From contig CAWGXL010000010.1 of assembly GCA_963826535.1 (NCBI GenBank), forward strand, positions 106,814 through 170,813: DNA of 64,000 nt, read 5' to 3'. The translations under genes were made by a program, and so were the position numbers. This document shows positions 27,314 to 36,837 of the stretch, one piece after another (position 1 is the stretch's first letter; the number at the start of each line of letters is the position of its first letter). The notes beneath the pieces were generated by a model, which was given only the letters and a program-made list of their open reading frames with translations, did not search any database and had not been told where the DNA came from. This stretch comes from an uncultured bacterium. Lineage in GTDB: Bacteria > Patescibacteriota > Microgenomatia > Levybacterales > UBA12049.

Positions 27314-27511
27314 ATGAAAGGTACAGTAAAAACAAAAATGGATAAAGGTTATGGATTTATTAGTCGCGAAGGCGAAGAAAAAGATCTTTTTTTCCATTCC
27401 AATGATTTAAAAGGAGTAACCTTTGATGAAATTCAAGTTGGTGACACAGTCACATTTGAAGTAGTCAACGGTGAAAAAGGCGCAAGTGCAAAAAACGTAA
27501 CACGCGTCTAG
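27314..27511 (+). CDS. cspA: Cold-shock protein (CspA family)
   Basis: KGYGFI (RNP1), LFFH (RNP2); SD AAGGAG upstream. Confidence 0.93.
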   Translation: MKGTVKTKMDKGYGFISREGEEKDLFFHSNDLKGVTFDEIQVGDTVTFEVVNGEKGASAKNVTRV

Positions 27512-27530
27512 TAATTAATGAGTTACTCTT

Positions 27531-27556
27531 AAAAGCTCATTGAAAGATGAGCTTTT
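27531..27556. terminator. Intrinsic terminator, probably bidirectional
   Basis: AAAAGCTCAT-TGAAAG-ATGAGCTTTT between convergent genes. Confidence 0.75.
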
Positions 27557-27622
27557 ATGTTTAAAAGCAACAGTTATAATTAAATTACATCCTAACTTCG
27601 ACACACGGACTAACAGGTTAGA

Positions 27623-28009
27623 CTAGGTTAGATATTTTTTAACGAAATTATCTGCTTCTATCTCCTGATGTTTTATTTCTGTTTTTGTCTGCAAAAACCC
27701 AATCGAGTTACGGTGGTTTAACACCACATGTCCTACTTCATGAAGAATTGTATTTCTAATTTGTGTTTCGTTTTGATTTAATAATTCATCGGAAATGAAT
27801 ATTAAATGACCTTTTTTTATATCTGACCCTTTAAATGTAAATGCCCAGGAGTCGTCAGGTGAAGAAATAAACCATACGGTCTTGCATACTTTTTCGATAA
27901 CGCTTGAAGGTAGAAAGAGCAAGGCCTTGCATACTTGCTCACGAATAAAAAAATTCCCTATAAGTTTATTTCCGAGTGCCTTTTTTACTTTTTTTATTGT
28001 CCAATTCAT
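27623..28009 (-). CDS. Small HExxH zinc metallopeptidase-like protein
   Basis: ILHEVGH...QEIEADNF. Confidence 0.7.
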   Translation of the reverse strand: MNWTIKKVKKALGNKLIGNFFIREQVCKALLFLPSSVIEKVCKTVWFISSPDDSWAFTFKGSDIKKGHLIFISDELLNQNETQIRNTILHEVGHVVLNHRNSIGFLQTKTEIKHQEIEADNFVKKYLT

Positions 28010-28038
28010 CTGAATAATAAATTTTAATATATTTCAAG

Positions 28039-28428
28039 TTAATTAGAAAAATGATGTATTACTAAGTTTTTAGTATTTGAAGACAAGTCTTGCATGTCGC
28101 TTAACTCATCCCAAGTGAAATATTCTATTTTATCGTGCTTCTTCTCTATAGTCCTTGGCATACCTGATATTATTTCTGCTCTATACCAAACATAACCCAT
28201 CTCATGTCCATCTTCTAAAAAATCTTTCCTTCCAATTTCGCCTACTATATTAACCTCAACCCCTAACTCTTCAGCTACTTCTCTTTTTGCAGTAGATGTA
28301 GGGTTTTCTCCGGGTTCTATTTTACCGCCTGGAGTTTCCCATTGTTGTCTTTCAGATGTATTTCTGTGGAGCAAGAGTATTTTTCCTTGTTTGTTTTCTA
28401 TAACGCATCCGGCAAGTTGTATCTTCAT
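28039..28428 (-). CDS. NUDIX hydrolase
   Basis: PGGKIEPGENPTSTAKREVAEELG Nudix box. Confidence 0.93.
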   Translation of the reverse strand: MKIQLAGCVIENKQGKILLLHRNTSERQQWETPGGKIEPGENPTSTAKREVAEELGVEVNIVGEIGRKDFLEDGHEMGYVWYRAEIISGMPRTIEKKHDKIEYFTWDELSDMQDLSSNTKNLVIHHFSN

Positions 28429-28514
28429 TTCTTAGTAGAATTATAGCATTTATTTTAATTCGATTGGCTTTAAGATGCATCACAAGACCTACAATTCTTT
28501 GCTATAATAACCTG

Positions 28515-29087
28515 ATGCAAGTTTACCTCGTGCGGCATACTGAATATTTAAATCCTGGAAATATTTTCGCATTCCATTTGCCTTTTTTCCTATCAGAAGA
28601 CGGTAGAAAAAAAGCGCAAAAAATTGGTTCATGGTTTAAGGAGAAGCAGTTACTTCATATACCTATTTATTCCAGTCCTATTGTAAGAGCATTACAAACG
28701 GCAGAGATTATTGCGAGTATTACTAATTCATTTGTAACTGTTGATAAACGGCTTGAAGAAACTACAAGTACAAATATGCAAGGCGTAAAAGAACCACTGG
28801 AAAATTCTTGGATAACTGATGAAGATGACAAGGACCGTGAATCTAGTAACTCCATATTACATAGAATAATAAATATTTATCATGAAGTATTAAATAAAAA
28901 TAAAAATTTTATTTTTGTTTCTCACCGCGAACCAATAACATTACTTTATTATCATCTTATAAAAAAAGATCCTCCCAAATATTTTGGGGACCCTAAAAAT
29001 ATAGATATGGTCATTCGCAAAGGTGAAATAGTTGAATTAAATGTTACTAAAGACAATATTAATTCAATTAATAGAATAACTCTTTAG
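28515..29087 (+). CDS. Histidine phosphatase family protein
   Basis: YLVRH, YSSPIVRALQTA, FVSH. Confidence 0.88.
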   Translation: MQVYLVRHTEYLNPGNIFAFHLPFFLSEDGRKKAQKIGSWFKEKQLLHIPIYSSPIVRALQTAEIIASITNSFVTVDKRLEETTSTNMQGVKEPLENSWITDEDDKDRESSNSILHRIINIYHEVLNKNKNFIFVSHREPITLLYYHLIKKDPPKYFGDPKNIDMVIRKGEIVELNVTKDNINSINRITL

Positions 29088-29154
29088 AACATGGTAAATT
29101 CAGGTTGAGAAGATAAACCGTTTAACCCATTATCGACTTGTCACCGCAATCGTT

Positions 29155-31119
29155 TTAGGGGGTTGGAGACAAAGAAATTGTCGTGGTCAAAGTTATAGTT
29201 GGTGTTAATGTCGAAGTCGGTGTATTCGTTAGTGTTGGCGAAAGAGGTGGGGCGAGAGTTATTATTGGGCTTGGTGTTGTTGAAGGAGTTGGAGTAATAG
29301 TTATAGTTGGTGAAATACCTGAACATCCGACCCCTGGCCGCTTCCAGCCGGCATACTCAATAAATCCGCGGCCCGGGGAATCAAAAACATCAAAGAGACG
29401 TGAAATGTTTGAGGGATATGGTTTATGATCCATTTCTTGTTGAGTTATGGGTCCCCAGTCATTTTCTGTGGCGTTTACATAATTAGGTGAGAGATTGCGA
29501 ATTTCAATGTCACCATTGCGATCTATAATATCCGTAAAGGCATCAACTTCACTATTGCCTTTGATATTTATACCGTCAAGCTTGTTGAAGCAGATTAAGC
29601 TGGTTATGATTAACGCATCGGATTTTTGTATCGCAATTCCGCTTTGGCCATTAGACACAATCCTACTGAGTTCAATCTCTACATCAGAATCCTTAAAAAC
29701 AAGCCCGCTTTTACCATTGACATCAATTGTGCTATTTTTGATAACTACATGGGAATCTAGGACTTCTATCCCCTCATTTTTGTTACTAATTATAGTAGTA
29801 TCATCAAGATGGATTGAGTCTTTGAAGCGTTTGAATTGCATCCCTCTTCCATTATTTTGAATCAGGTCGTGCTGATAGAAAAGATCAAAAGATACACCAC
29901 CGATAGCAAGCAGCCTGACCCCAATATCTATATTAGCTTCAAAGCGGGAATCCCTGTCTTTCCAAAAACCTGTAGCACCGGCACGGATAAATCCATCAAC
30001 TCCGGCGGTATTCTCAAGGACCTCAAACAACCGGGTACTCAATTCAACATTACCACGGACATCAAGTTGCCAGGCAGTACCATTTTGTTTCATAGATTCG
30101 CTGTCAAGGTTTATTTTCAATGCTACACCTTGAAGAGGCATTGTCTTAAGCGTAAATCCTGCTTTAGAATGAAGGTTATATTGGTTGTCAGAGAAATTTT
30201 TCTCACCTTCAAGCAGAAACCGGGTTTCAAGTCCTGTTTGTCCACCTAGCCATTGGTTGTTTAGAATCTCCCATTTGATCTTGCCGGTGTGCTGAATTTC
30301 TTCAAAAAAGCTGCCTCTGCCTCTTGTAGTTGCATGGACGTTTCCGCTGTAAGTTACAGAAATATCTCCGGCTCCCTGACCAAAGCTCAACTTCGCAGCG
30401 GTTTCAACACCTAGTTTCTTGAGTGGATTACCAAATTTATTACCCCTAAACTCGTAATCTCCTCCGACAGAAGCATTCAGTTCCAATCCATAAACATTTA
30501 GATTTTCAAACTCACTATCACTCAATGTAAAGTCCATCTTTCCTTTATTACTTGCATTTAAGACCAATCCTTTCCTCGCATTAAGAAATTTAAGATCTGT
30601 AAGGTGAAAGTTTGGATCATCCCCTTTCTGTGCAACGATGTGTAGTCCTTCGCGCAGAAAATTACGGAATTCAATACTGCCTATATCAAATTTTTTAGCT
30701 GTAACAAAAATCGCCCTGACAACATTACCACGCCCGTCAATTACTTTGCGGCTACGTGTGGCACTCGAAATAATAGTGCCGTCGTGCTTGATCTCAGGAA
30801 GAATTCCATCCAACTGTACATCAACCTCTAGAAAAATAAAATGAAGCTTTCCTTCCCCGGGTGTTCCTAGAACTTGTACCTGCTCAGCAGTAGTTAACAA
30901 TCTACCAAGATTACCTTCGCTAAGTAATATTGCCTCGCGCAGCGTTAGCTTGTTATCAGCTATGTTGTTATCTTGGTTCCCATTAACCCGTGCAGTGAAA
31001 TTATTCGTTTGTGCAAATGCGGTAAAAACACGAGGATTCAGGTTGAAGATGCTATACAATATTAATACTACTAATATTGTAACGCTAAGTGAAAGCCAAA
31101 TTTTGCTCTTACTCTTCAT
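29155..31119 (-). CDS. Secreted right-handed beta-helix repeat protein with Pro/Thr tail
   Basis: Signal peptide (AFA), LTLREAI motif, I.xN.xxGI repeats, VNATENDWG, C-terminal TPTP-rich tail. Confidence 0.75.
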   Translation of the reverse strand: MKSKSKIWLSLSVTILVVLILYSIFNLNPRVFTAFAQTNNFTARVNGNQDNNIADNKLTLREAILLSEGNLGRLLTTAEQVQVLGTPGEGKLHFIFLEVDVQLDGILPEIKHDGTIISSATRSRKVIDGRGNVVRAIFVTAKKFDIGSIEFRNFLREGLHIVAQKGDDPNFHLTDLKFLNARKGLVLNASNKGKMDFTLSDSEFENLNVYGLELNASVGGDYEFRGNKFGNPLKKLGVETAAKLSFGQGAGDISVTYSGNVHATTRGRGSFFEEIQHTGKIKWEILNNQWLGGQTGLETRFLLEGEKNFSDNQYNLHSKAGFTLKTMPLQGVALKINLDSESMKQNGTAWQLDVRGNVELSTRLFEVLENTAGVDGFIRAGATGFWKDRDSRFEANIDIGVRLLAIGGVSFDLFYQHDLIQNNGRGMQFKRFKDSIHLDDTTIISNKNEGIEVLDSHVVIKNSTIDVNGKSGLVFKDSDVEIELSRIVSNGQSGIAIQKSDALIITSLICFNKLDGINIKGNSEVDAFTDIIDRNGDIEIRNLSPNYVNATENDWGPITQQEMDHKPYPSNISRLFDVFDSPGRGFIEYAGWKRPGVGCSGISPTITITPTPSTTPSPIITLAPPLSPTLTNTPTSTLTPTITLTTTISLSPTP

Positions 31120-31249
31120 ACTTTCCAAATTAGTATAGCAAAAACTATCCCACCGAAGTCAAGTAAATGATATTTATATTTAAATGCAAATTGGTTCAAA
31201 TCTATTTTGTTTTTTTAATTTATTAAAACGATTTGCTATAATTACAATA

Positions 31250-32239
31250 ATGGAATTAAAAATTGTCAAACCAGACACTTTCAAGATTTTAACTTCCACA
31301 AAGAAAATTGTTGAAAACCTAAAGTTTATAACAATAAATGAAGCTCAATTAGATGAAACCACAAATAAGTTATTATTTAAGCTAGACAATGGAGTATATG
31401 CTGCCGAAATGGGTGTTGGAATCACCGGAAACTATGAAAATGACGTTCAATTAGTTTTTCTTGAAGATGTAGTTAATTTTTGCTTCTGGGTTGAAAAAGA
31501 TAAACCTCCTTGGCATGTAGAATATTTACATAGAAATTTTCTTACAGGAGGCTGGTTCTCACTATTAAGTTGCTTTCAAAGAGCGCTTGCAAATAATATC
31601 CCAATTCTTGACGCCAATTTTTTATCGTCATTAACATTAACGAAAGTTAAAGAAATATTTAAAGGTGAATCTAATATTGATATTCCGCTTGTCGAAAAAA
31701 GACTGGAAAATTTAAAAGAAGCAGGACAAGTTTTACAAAGTAAATATAGTGGTAAATTTATTAACGCATTAGAAAGTACTAACTATGATGCCCTAGATTT
31801 AGTCAAACTAGTTTATGATAATTTCAAATCATTTCAAGATAAAACAATCCTTGATGGAAAAGAGATTTACTTCTTAAAACGAGCACAAATGTTTACGCAA
31901 GACTTATCTTATCTGACACAGAATTATAAAGATAAGCCAATTAAAAATTTACAAATATTAACTGCTTCTGCTGATTACAAACTGCCTCAAATGCTAAGAA
32001 AGTATGGAGCAATTAATTACTCTGAAGAATTATCTAAGCAAGTAGACAATTATATTCTTATTCCGGCAGGAAGTAGAGAAGAGATCGAAATACGAGCTGT
32101 AACAATCTGGTGCGTAGAGTTAATAAGACAAAAACTAGAAAAGTTCACTGCGGCAGAAATTGATAATGCGTTATGGTTGATTAGTCAAGACCAAACTAAC
32201 GTCAAACCATTTCATAGAACATACACTATTTTTTACTAA
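31250..32239 (+). CDS. Queuosine salvage protein (DUF2419/QNG1-like N-glycosylase)
   Basis: VNFCFW, FLKRAQ, ADYKLPQMLR, EIEIRA, IDNALW, PFHRTYTIFY. Confidence 0.88.
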   Translation: MELKIVKPDTFKILTSTKKIVENLKFITINEAQLDETTNKLLFKLDNGVYAAEMGVGITGNYENDVQLVFLEDVVNFCFWVEKDKPPWHVEYLHRNFLTGGWFSLLSCFQRALANNIPILDANFLSSLTLTKVKEIFKGESNIDIPLVEKRLENLKEAGQVLQSKYSGKFINALESTNYDALDLVKLVYDNFKSFQDKTILDGKEIYFLKRAQMFTQDLSYLTQNYKDKPIKNLQILTASADYKLPQMLRKYGAINYSEELSKQVDNYILIPAGSREEIEIRAVTIWCVELIRQKLEKFTAAEIDNALWLISQDQTNVKPFHRTYTIFY

Positions 32240-32287
32240 AATCTTATAAAAACAATCTATTTAATTCCTATTGGTTACTATAGATAG

Positions 32288-33049
32288 CTAAGAATCACTA
32301 TTAATGGGACGTGTGGTTTTTTTGCCGAGTAAAATATGAGAAATAATTGTACCAATAATATTGATTAGAAAACCGAGAAGGATATAACTGATAAATCTGG
32401 CAACAATAAATACCCCAATACCCGCATAGGTTTGCGGTGTTGTGGTAGAGATTGATCCTCCGAGCAAAGATTCAAAAATCCACAGCATACTTAACGGGAT
32501 GTTGTTAAATTTTGGATTATCATGTTCAAAAATATAAACAAGTGCTCCGAGAATAATCACGGTAAAAACAAGCGTAAAAAAGTAAATCTGTAAATTAAGT
32601 CGGATAATTGCTGCTTTTTCATCTTTTGAGTGTCTTTCCAGATGTTCAAAACGAACAACTTTTGCCAATCGTACCATTCTGAGAAAACGAAGAATGCGTA
32701 AAGCCCTAAGCGATTTTAATGGAGTCAGATTGGTAAGATGAAGCAATGTAGGTAGGACAGAAATAAGATCAATAAAACCAAAGAAGCTGAAAATATACGA
32801 TAATTTTTTAGGACTTCCTATGATACGACAAATATATTCAATCAAAAAGATGAAAACCGATACATATTCAATTATTAAAAAAAATTGATTATATTGCGAG
32901 AACTCAGTTACCGACTCAAGAATTATGGAGATAATGGAGATTATTATTACAATTGAGAGCGAATCATTGATGATGACAAAAAGCCTTGAGGTTGGTTCAT
33001 AAAACGCTTTGTTGCAAAAGAAAAATACAGTACGCTGTACGCTTTTCAT
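32288..33049 (-). CDS. Voltage-gated 6TM ion channel-like protein with non-canonical pore
   Basis: S4 LRALRILRFLRMVRLAK; IDLISVLP; pore region lacks TVGYG. Confidence 0.8.
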   Translation of the reverse strand: MKSVQRTVFFFCNKAFYEPTSRLFVIINDSLSIVIIISIISIILESVTEFSQYNQFFLIIEYVSVFIFLIEYICRIIGSPKKLSYIFSFFGFIDLISVLPTLLHLTNLTPLKSLRALRILRFLRMVRLAKVVRFEHLERHSKDEKAAIIRLNLQIYFFTLVFTVIILGALVYIFEHDNPKFNNIPLSMLWIFESLLGGSISTTTPQTYAGIGVFIVARFISYILLGFLINIIGTIISHILLGKKTTRPINSDS

Positions 33050-33130
33050 ACCTATGATTTAATTATAGCAACAATTTCTAGAACTTGGGTAGTTTGTGTA
33101 ATACTCTACAAAATAGTATAATTCTTGAGC

Positions 33131-34138
33131 ATGGAAATGGAACGCTTACTAGGACTCACAATATCATCTTTTTTCATTACTGCAATTTTACTCGTTCCCT
33201 TCATAGACTTCCTCTACAAAATAAAACTCAAAAGACACGTTCAAGTTACCCGCGACATGTTCAACAAAAGAACACCGTTATTTGATAAATATAACGCCTG
33301 GAAAGTAGGTACTCCTTTCGGCGGTGGATTATTAATTATTCTAGTTGCTACAGTATGGACTTTTTGGGCATATGGAATTCTAAACATCACGGTTAAGCCC
33401 GCCGAAATTTTTGTGATTTTCTTTTCTTTTATAAGTTTTGGCTTGCTTGGCTTTTATGATGATTTAAAAAAATTGATAGATCGCAGAGACGGATTTTTCG
33501 GACTTCGTTTTCGTTACAAATTTATTCTTCAATGGATACTCGCCTTAATTATTGCTTTTGTATTTTACTTCCAGCTAAATTATGATTTCATATTCATACA
33601 TGGCATAGGGATTATAAATATAGGATTGCTTTTTATCCCCTTTGCCGCGATAGTAATTGTATCATTCGTCAATGCCTTTAATATTACCGACGGGCTAGAT
33701 GGTCTTGCATCGGGACTTTTTCTAATTTGTCTGGTCGCCTTTCTAATTATCAATCAACAACTGGATCAGACCCTGGGTATATTTCTGGCCGTACTTCTTG
33801 GTTGTGTTGCCGCATTTCTTTACTTCAATATCTATAAAGCCAGGCTCTGGTTGGGAGATGTTGGCTCACTTGCGCTCGGTGCCGTATTGGCAGTGACCGG
33901 ATTGCTTACCGGGAAAGCCTTAGCTCTTGTAATTATTGGTGGTATATTCGTAATTGAAGTAGGCTCCTCCCTTATACAATTATTAGCGAAAAAATATTTA
34001 GGCAGAAAAATTTTCCCGGTTGCTCCGCTTCATCTATACCTGCTGAAAAGAGGCTGGGAAGAGCCAAAAATAGTTATGCGTGCCTGGCTAATAGGCTTCT
34101 TCCTCGCAATCTTAGGTATCTTTATAGCGTTTATCTAA
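33131..34138 (+). CDS. mraY: Phospho-N-acetylmuramoyl-pentapeptide transferase
   Basis: KVGTPFGGG, GFYDD, NAFNITDGLDGLA, LGDVGS, APLH. Confidence 0.95.
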   Translation: MEMERLLGLTISSFFITAILLVPFIDFLYKIKLKRHVQVTRDMFNKRTPLFDKYNAWKVGTPFGGGLLIILVATVWTFWAYGILNITVKPAEIFVIFFSFISFGLLGFYDDLKKLIDRRDGFFGLRFRYKFILQWILALIIAFVFYFQLNYDFIFIHGIGIINIGLLFIPFAAIVIVSFVNAFNITDGLDGLASGLFLICLVAFLIINQQLDQTLGIFLAVLLGCVAAFLYFNIYKARLWLGDVGSLALGAVLAVTGLLTGKALALVIIGGIFVIEVGSSLIQLLAKKYLGRKIFPVAPLHLYLLKRGWEEPKIVMRAWLIGFFLAILGIFIAFI

Positions 34139-34152
34139 GGGCATCAATAGTC

Positions 34153-35280
34153 ATGAAAAATGTTGATATTATACTCCTCAGTGTGGTTATATTTCTGACG
34201 TTTTTCGGTTTGCTTATGATTTATGATGCATCATCAGTGCGCGCTTTCATTGATTTCAACGGAGACAAATACCATTTCTTGCGGGATCAAGCTATGTGGG
34301 TAACTTTAGGATTTATCGTACTCTTTGTTTTTAATTATTTTGACTATCATAAATTATATAACTTAGCCTTGCCGCTATTAATCATAGCTCTTGGTTGCCT
34401 TCTTTTAGTTTTTTTACCCGGAATTGGTGCCGGTGCGCAAGGTGCCAATCGGTGGATAGATCTGTATTTTGTGAGATTTCAACCCGCCGAACTTACGAAG
34501 TTATCACTAGCGATTTATCTGGCAGCTTGGTTTTCTAACAAAGAAAAGGGGAGGTTTCTCGCATTTTCTTTATTACTAGGCGCTGTTTTACTCCTTGTCT
34601 TACTGGAACCGGATTTGGGAACAGCTTCAATTATTCTTGCTGAAGCGATTATAATATATTTTCTTTCCGGTGGGAGTATAAAACATTTTATAATTTCACT
34701 TCCCATTATCGGACTGCTTTGGTTTGTAATTATAAAAATAGAACCATATCGCTTGGCGCGCTTGACTAGTTTTCTCAATCTAAATAATTCACTGGATGGC
34801 ATTGACTATCACCTAAAACAAATACTCATTGCTTTAGGTTCCGGCGGACTTTTCGGCCTTGGCATCGGGAATTCACGGCAAAAATATGGCTTTCTCCCCG
34901 AAAGTATGACCGATGCAATTTTTCCGATAATCGCTGAAGAGCTGGGCTTTATAGGTGCGAATATTCTATTGCTATTATTTATTATAGTTATTTGGCGGGG
35001 TTTTGTTATAGCTATGCATGCAAAAGAAAAATTTGGCCAACTATTAGCAGCAGGTATAATCTCTTTCATCGGAGTCCAGATAATAATAAACCTGGGAGCA
35101 ACAACATTACTTTTCCCCCTCACAGGTGTACCTTTACCGTTCGTTTCCTATGGCGGATCCGCTCTTATTGTCGACATGGCAGCAATAGGAATATTGCTAA
35201 ATATTTCAAAGCAGAAATCTAAAGTTGTATACCAAAATAAAACTCAGTTGTCATCCCGGTTGAAGCGGCAGCGAAAATAA
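34153..35280 (+). CDS. ftsW: Peptidoglycan glycosyltransferase FtsW (SEDS)
   Basis: GANRWI, FQPAE, EPDLGT, LPESMTD, TGVPLPFVSYGGS; position between mraY and murG. Confidence 0.93.
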   Translation: MKNVDIILLSVVIFLTFFGLLMIYDASSVRAFIDFNGDKYHFLRDQAMWVTLGFIVLFVFNYFDYHKLYNLALPLLIIALGCLLLVFLPGIGAGAQGANRWIDLYFVRFQPAELTKLSLAIYLAAWFSNKEKGRFLAFSLLLGAVLLLVLLEPDLGTASIILAEAIIIYFLSGGSIKHFIISLPIIGLLWFVIIKIEPYRLARLTSFLNLNNSLDGIDYHLKQILIALGSGGLFGLGIGNSRQKYGFLPESMTDAIFPIIAEELGFIGANILLLLFIIVIWRGFVIAMHAKEKFGQLLAAGIISFIGVQIIINLGATTLLFPLTGVPLPFVSYGGSALIVDMAAIGILLNISKQKSKVVYQNKTQLSSRLKRQRK

Positions 35281-35284
35281 TTAT

Positions 35285-36424
35285 ATGAAAATAGCAATTG
35301 TCGGCGGGCATCTCAGCCCTGCCTTAAGCGTTATCGAGGCAGTACCAAAAGACACCCAAATTTTATTCATTGGCAGGAAATACGCGCTGGAAGGAGACAA
35401 AGCATATTCACTTGAATATCAAAAAATTACCTCGCTCGGCATAACCTTTGTGGATTTAGCAAGCGGCCGTTTGCAGCGCAAATTTACAAAACACACTATT
35501 AATTCTCTTTTCACATTGCCCGGGGCTTTTTATCAATCTATCAAAATCTTAAATAATTACAAGCCTGATTGTGTAGTTTGTTTTGGTGGATACTTACAAA
35601 TTCCTCTAGTACTTGCCGCTTTATTTCATCACATTCCGGTGATTACTCACGAACAAACCAGAAAAGCCGGACTAGCCAATAAAATAATATCTCCTGTTGC
35701 TTCAACTATTTGTATCTCCTGGCAGGAATCAGCCAAATATTTTCCTTCCGGCAAAACAATTCTCACCGGTTTGCCTCTCAGAAAAGAATTTTTCAAAAAA
35801 ATCCACCTTCCTCCCTCAATAGTTAAGGGGGAAAGGAGGATTTTAGACAAAACCATTTATGTTACCGGCGGAAGTCTAGGTGCCCACGCTATTAATTTAT
35901 TAGTCGAAGGTGCGTTAGTTAAATTGCTTGAAAAATTTTACATAATTCATCAGACAGGCGATGCTAAGGAATTCAATGACTATGAACGGCTTAAAAAGAT
36001 CAAAGATCAGCTTCCTCTGGAATTACGTAGCAAATACAAACTTGTCAAATTCATTGACCCAGATCAGATTCCCCAAACCATAGCTGAGTCTGATTTAGTC
36101 ATTTCGCGTTCAGGTATGAATACCGTTGCTGAACTCATATATTTAGAAAAGCCGTGCATATTGATTCCACTGCCGCATGGCCAAGCCAATGAACAGCTTG
36201 ATAATGCTCTTTTCGCCCAAAAACTTGGTTTGGGACAGGTTTTAAATCAAACTGAACTTACATCTGAAATGCTCTATTCACAAATTGTCGAGTTTGCTGC
36301 TAAACTAGATAAAGCTATCATCAGCGCACGAAGTTTTCAAAAACTGATAAATCATGATTCTGCGCAAAAAATTATTGAGATCGTCAAAAAAACCGTCAAT
36401 CAAAAAAACCAACAGAAAGAATAG
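35285..36424 (+). CDS. murG: MurG N-acetylglucosaminyltransferase
   Basis: GGHLSPA, GGY, HEQ, TGGSLGA, SRSG, EQ..NA. Confidence 0.95.
   Translation: MKIAIVGGHLSPALSVIEAVPKDTQILFIGRKYALEGDKAYSLEYQKITSLGITFVDLASGRLQRKFTKHTINSLFTLPGAFYQSIKILNNYKPDCVVCFGGYLQIPLVLAALFHHIPVITHEQTRKAGLANKIISPVASTICISWQESAKYFPSGKTILTGLPLRKEFFKKIHLPPSIVKGERRILDKTIYVTGGSLGAHAINLLVEGALVKLLEKFYIIHQTGDAKEFNDYERLKKIKDQLPLELRSKYKLVKFIDPDQIPQTIAESDLVISRSGMNTVAELIYLEKPCILIPLPHGQANEQLDNALFAQKLGLGQVLNQTELTSEMLYSQIVEFAAKLDKAIISARSFQKLINHDSAQKIIEIVKKTVNQKNQQKE
35798..35844. repeat. In-frame palindromic insertion in murG
   Basis: AAAATCCACCTTCCTCCCT...AGGGGGAAAGGAGGATTTT, encoding KIHLPPSIVKGERRIL. Confidence 0.7.
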
Positions 36425-36833
36425 GAATAGAATAAGAAAATTATCAGTCCTATTAATTCCATTCTGTATTTTATTGTGCGTAATTTGTGTGTGGCTTCTG
36501 TTTGTTTTGAATGACATACTACACAAACCACTTTTTATTAGTCCGTTAACATTACCTGTGTCCCTTGTTCCAAGCGAAGAAGATAAATTTCAATTAAAAC
36601 TGGAAACTTTACTAAATGAGAAAAATATTACATATTCAACTATAACTAAGCTTTCTGGCTCAAACTATAAATTAAAATTAGAAGATTCAGGAATTGTAAT
36701 TATTTCTTCGGATAAAGATCTAAACTCAGAAATATCCTCTTTACAATTTATACTCTCTCGGCTTACAATGGAAGGTAAACAGTTCACACTGCTTGATTTG
36801 CGTTTTGATAAACCGGTCATTGTTTTAAAATAA
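36354..36833 (+). CDS. Short FtsQ/DivIB-like protein
   Basis: Basic N-terminus, one TM, C-terminal LDLRFDKPV; between murG and ftsA. Confidence 0.65.
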   Translation: MILRKKLLRSSKKPSIKKTNRKNRNRIRKLSVLLIPFCILLCVICVWLLFVLNDILHKPLFISPLTLPVSLVPSEEDKFQLKLETLLNEKNITYSTITKLSGSNYKLKLEDSGIVIISSDKDLNSEISSLQFILSRLTMEGKQFTLLDLRFDKPVIVLK

Positions 36834-36837
36834 ATAT

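Noticed and set aside
16965-33049. tRNA-Glu-anchored integrative element or prophage
   Set aside because: Accessory-looking content, but I found no integrase, phage genes or duplicated tRNA 3' end.
35248-35277. GTCATCCCG... REP-like start at the ftsW 3' end
   Set aside because: No complementary arm found; too short to support.
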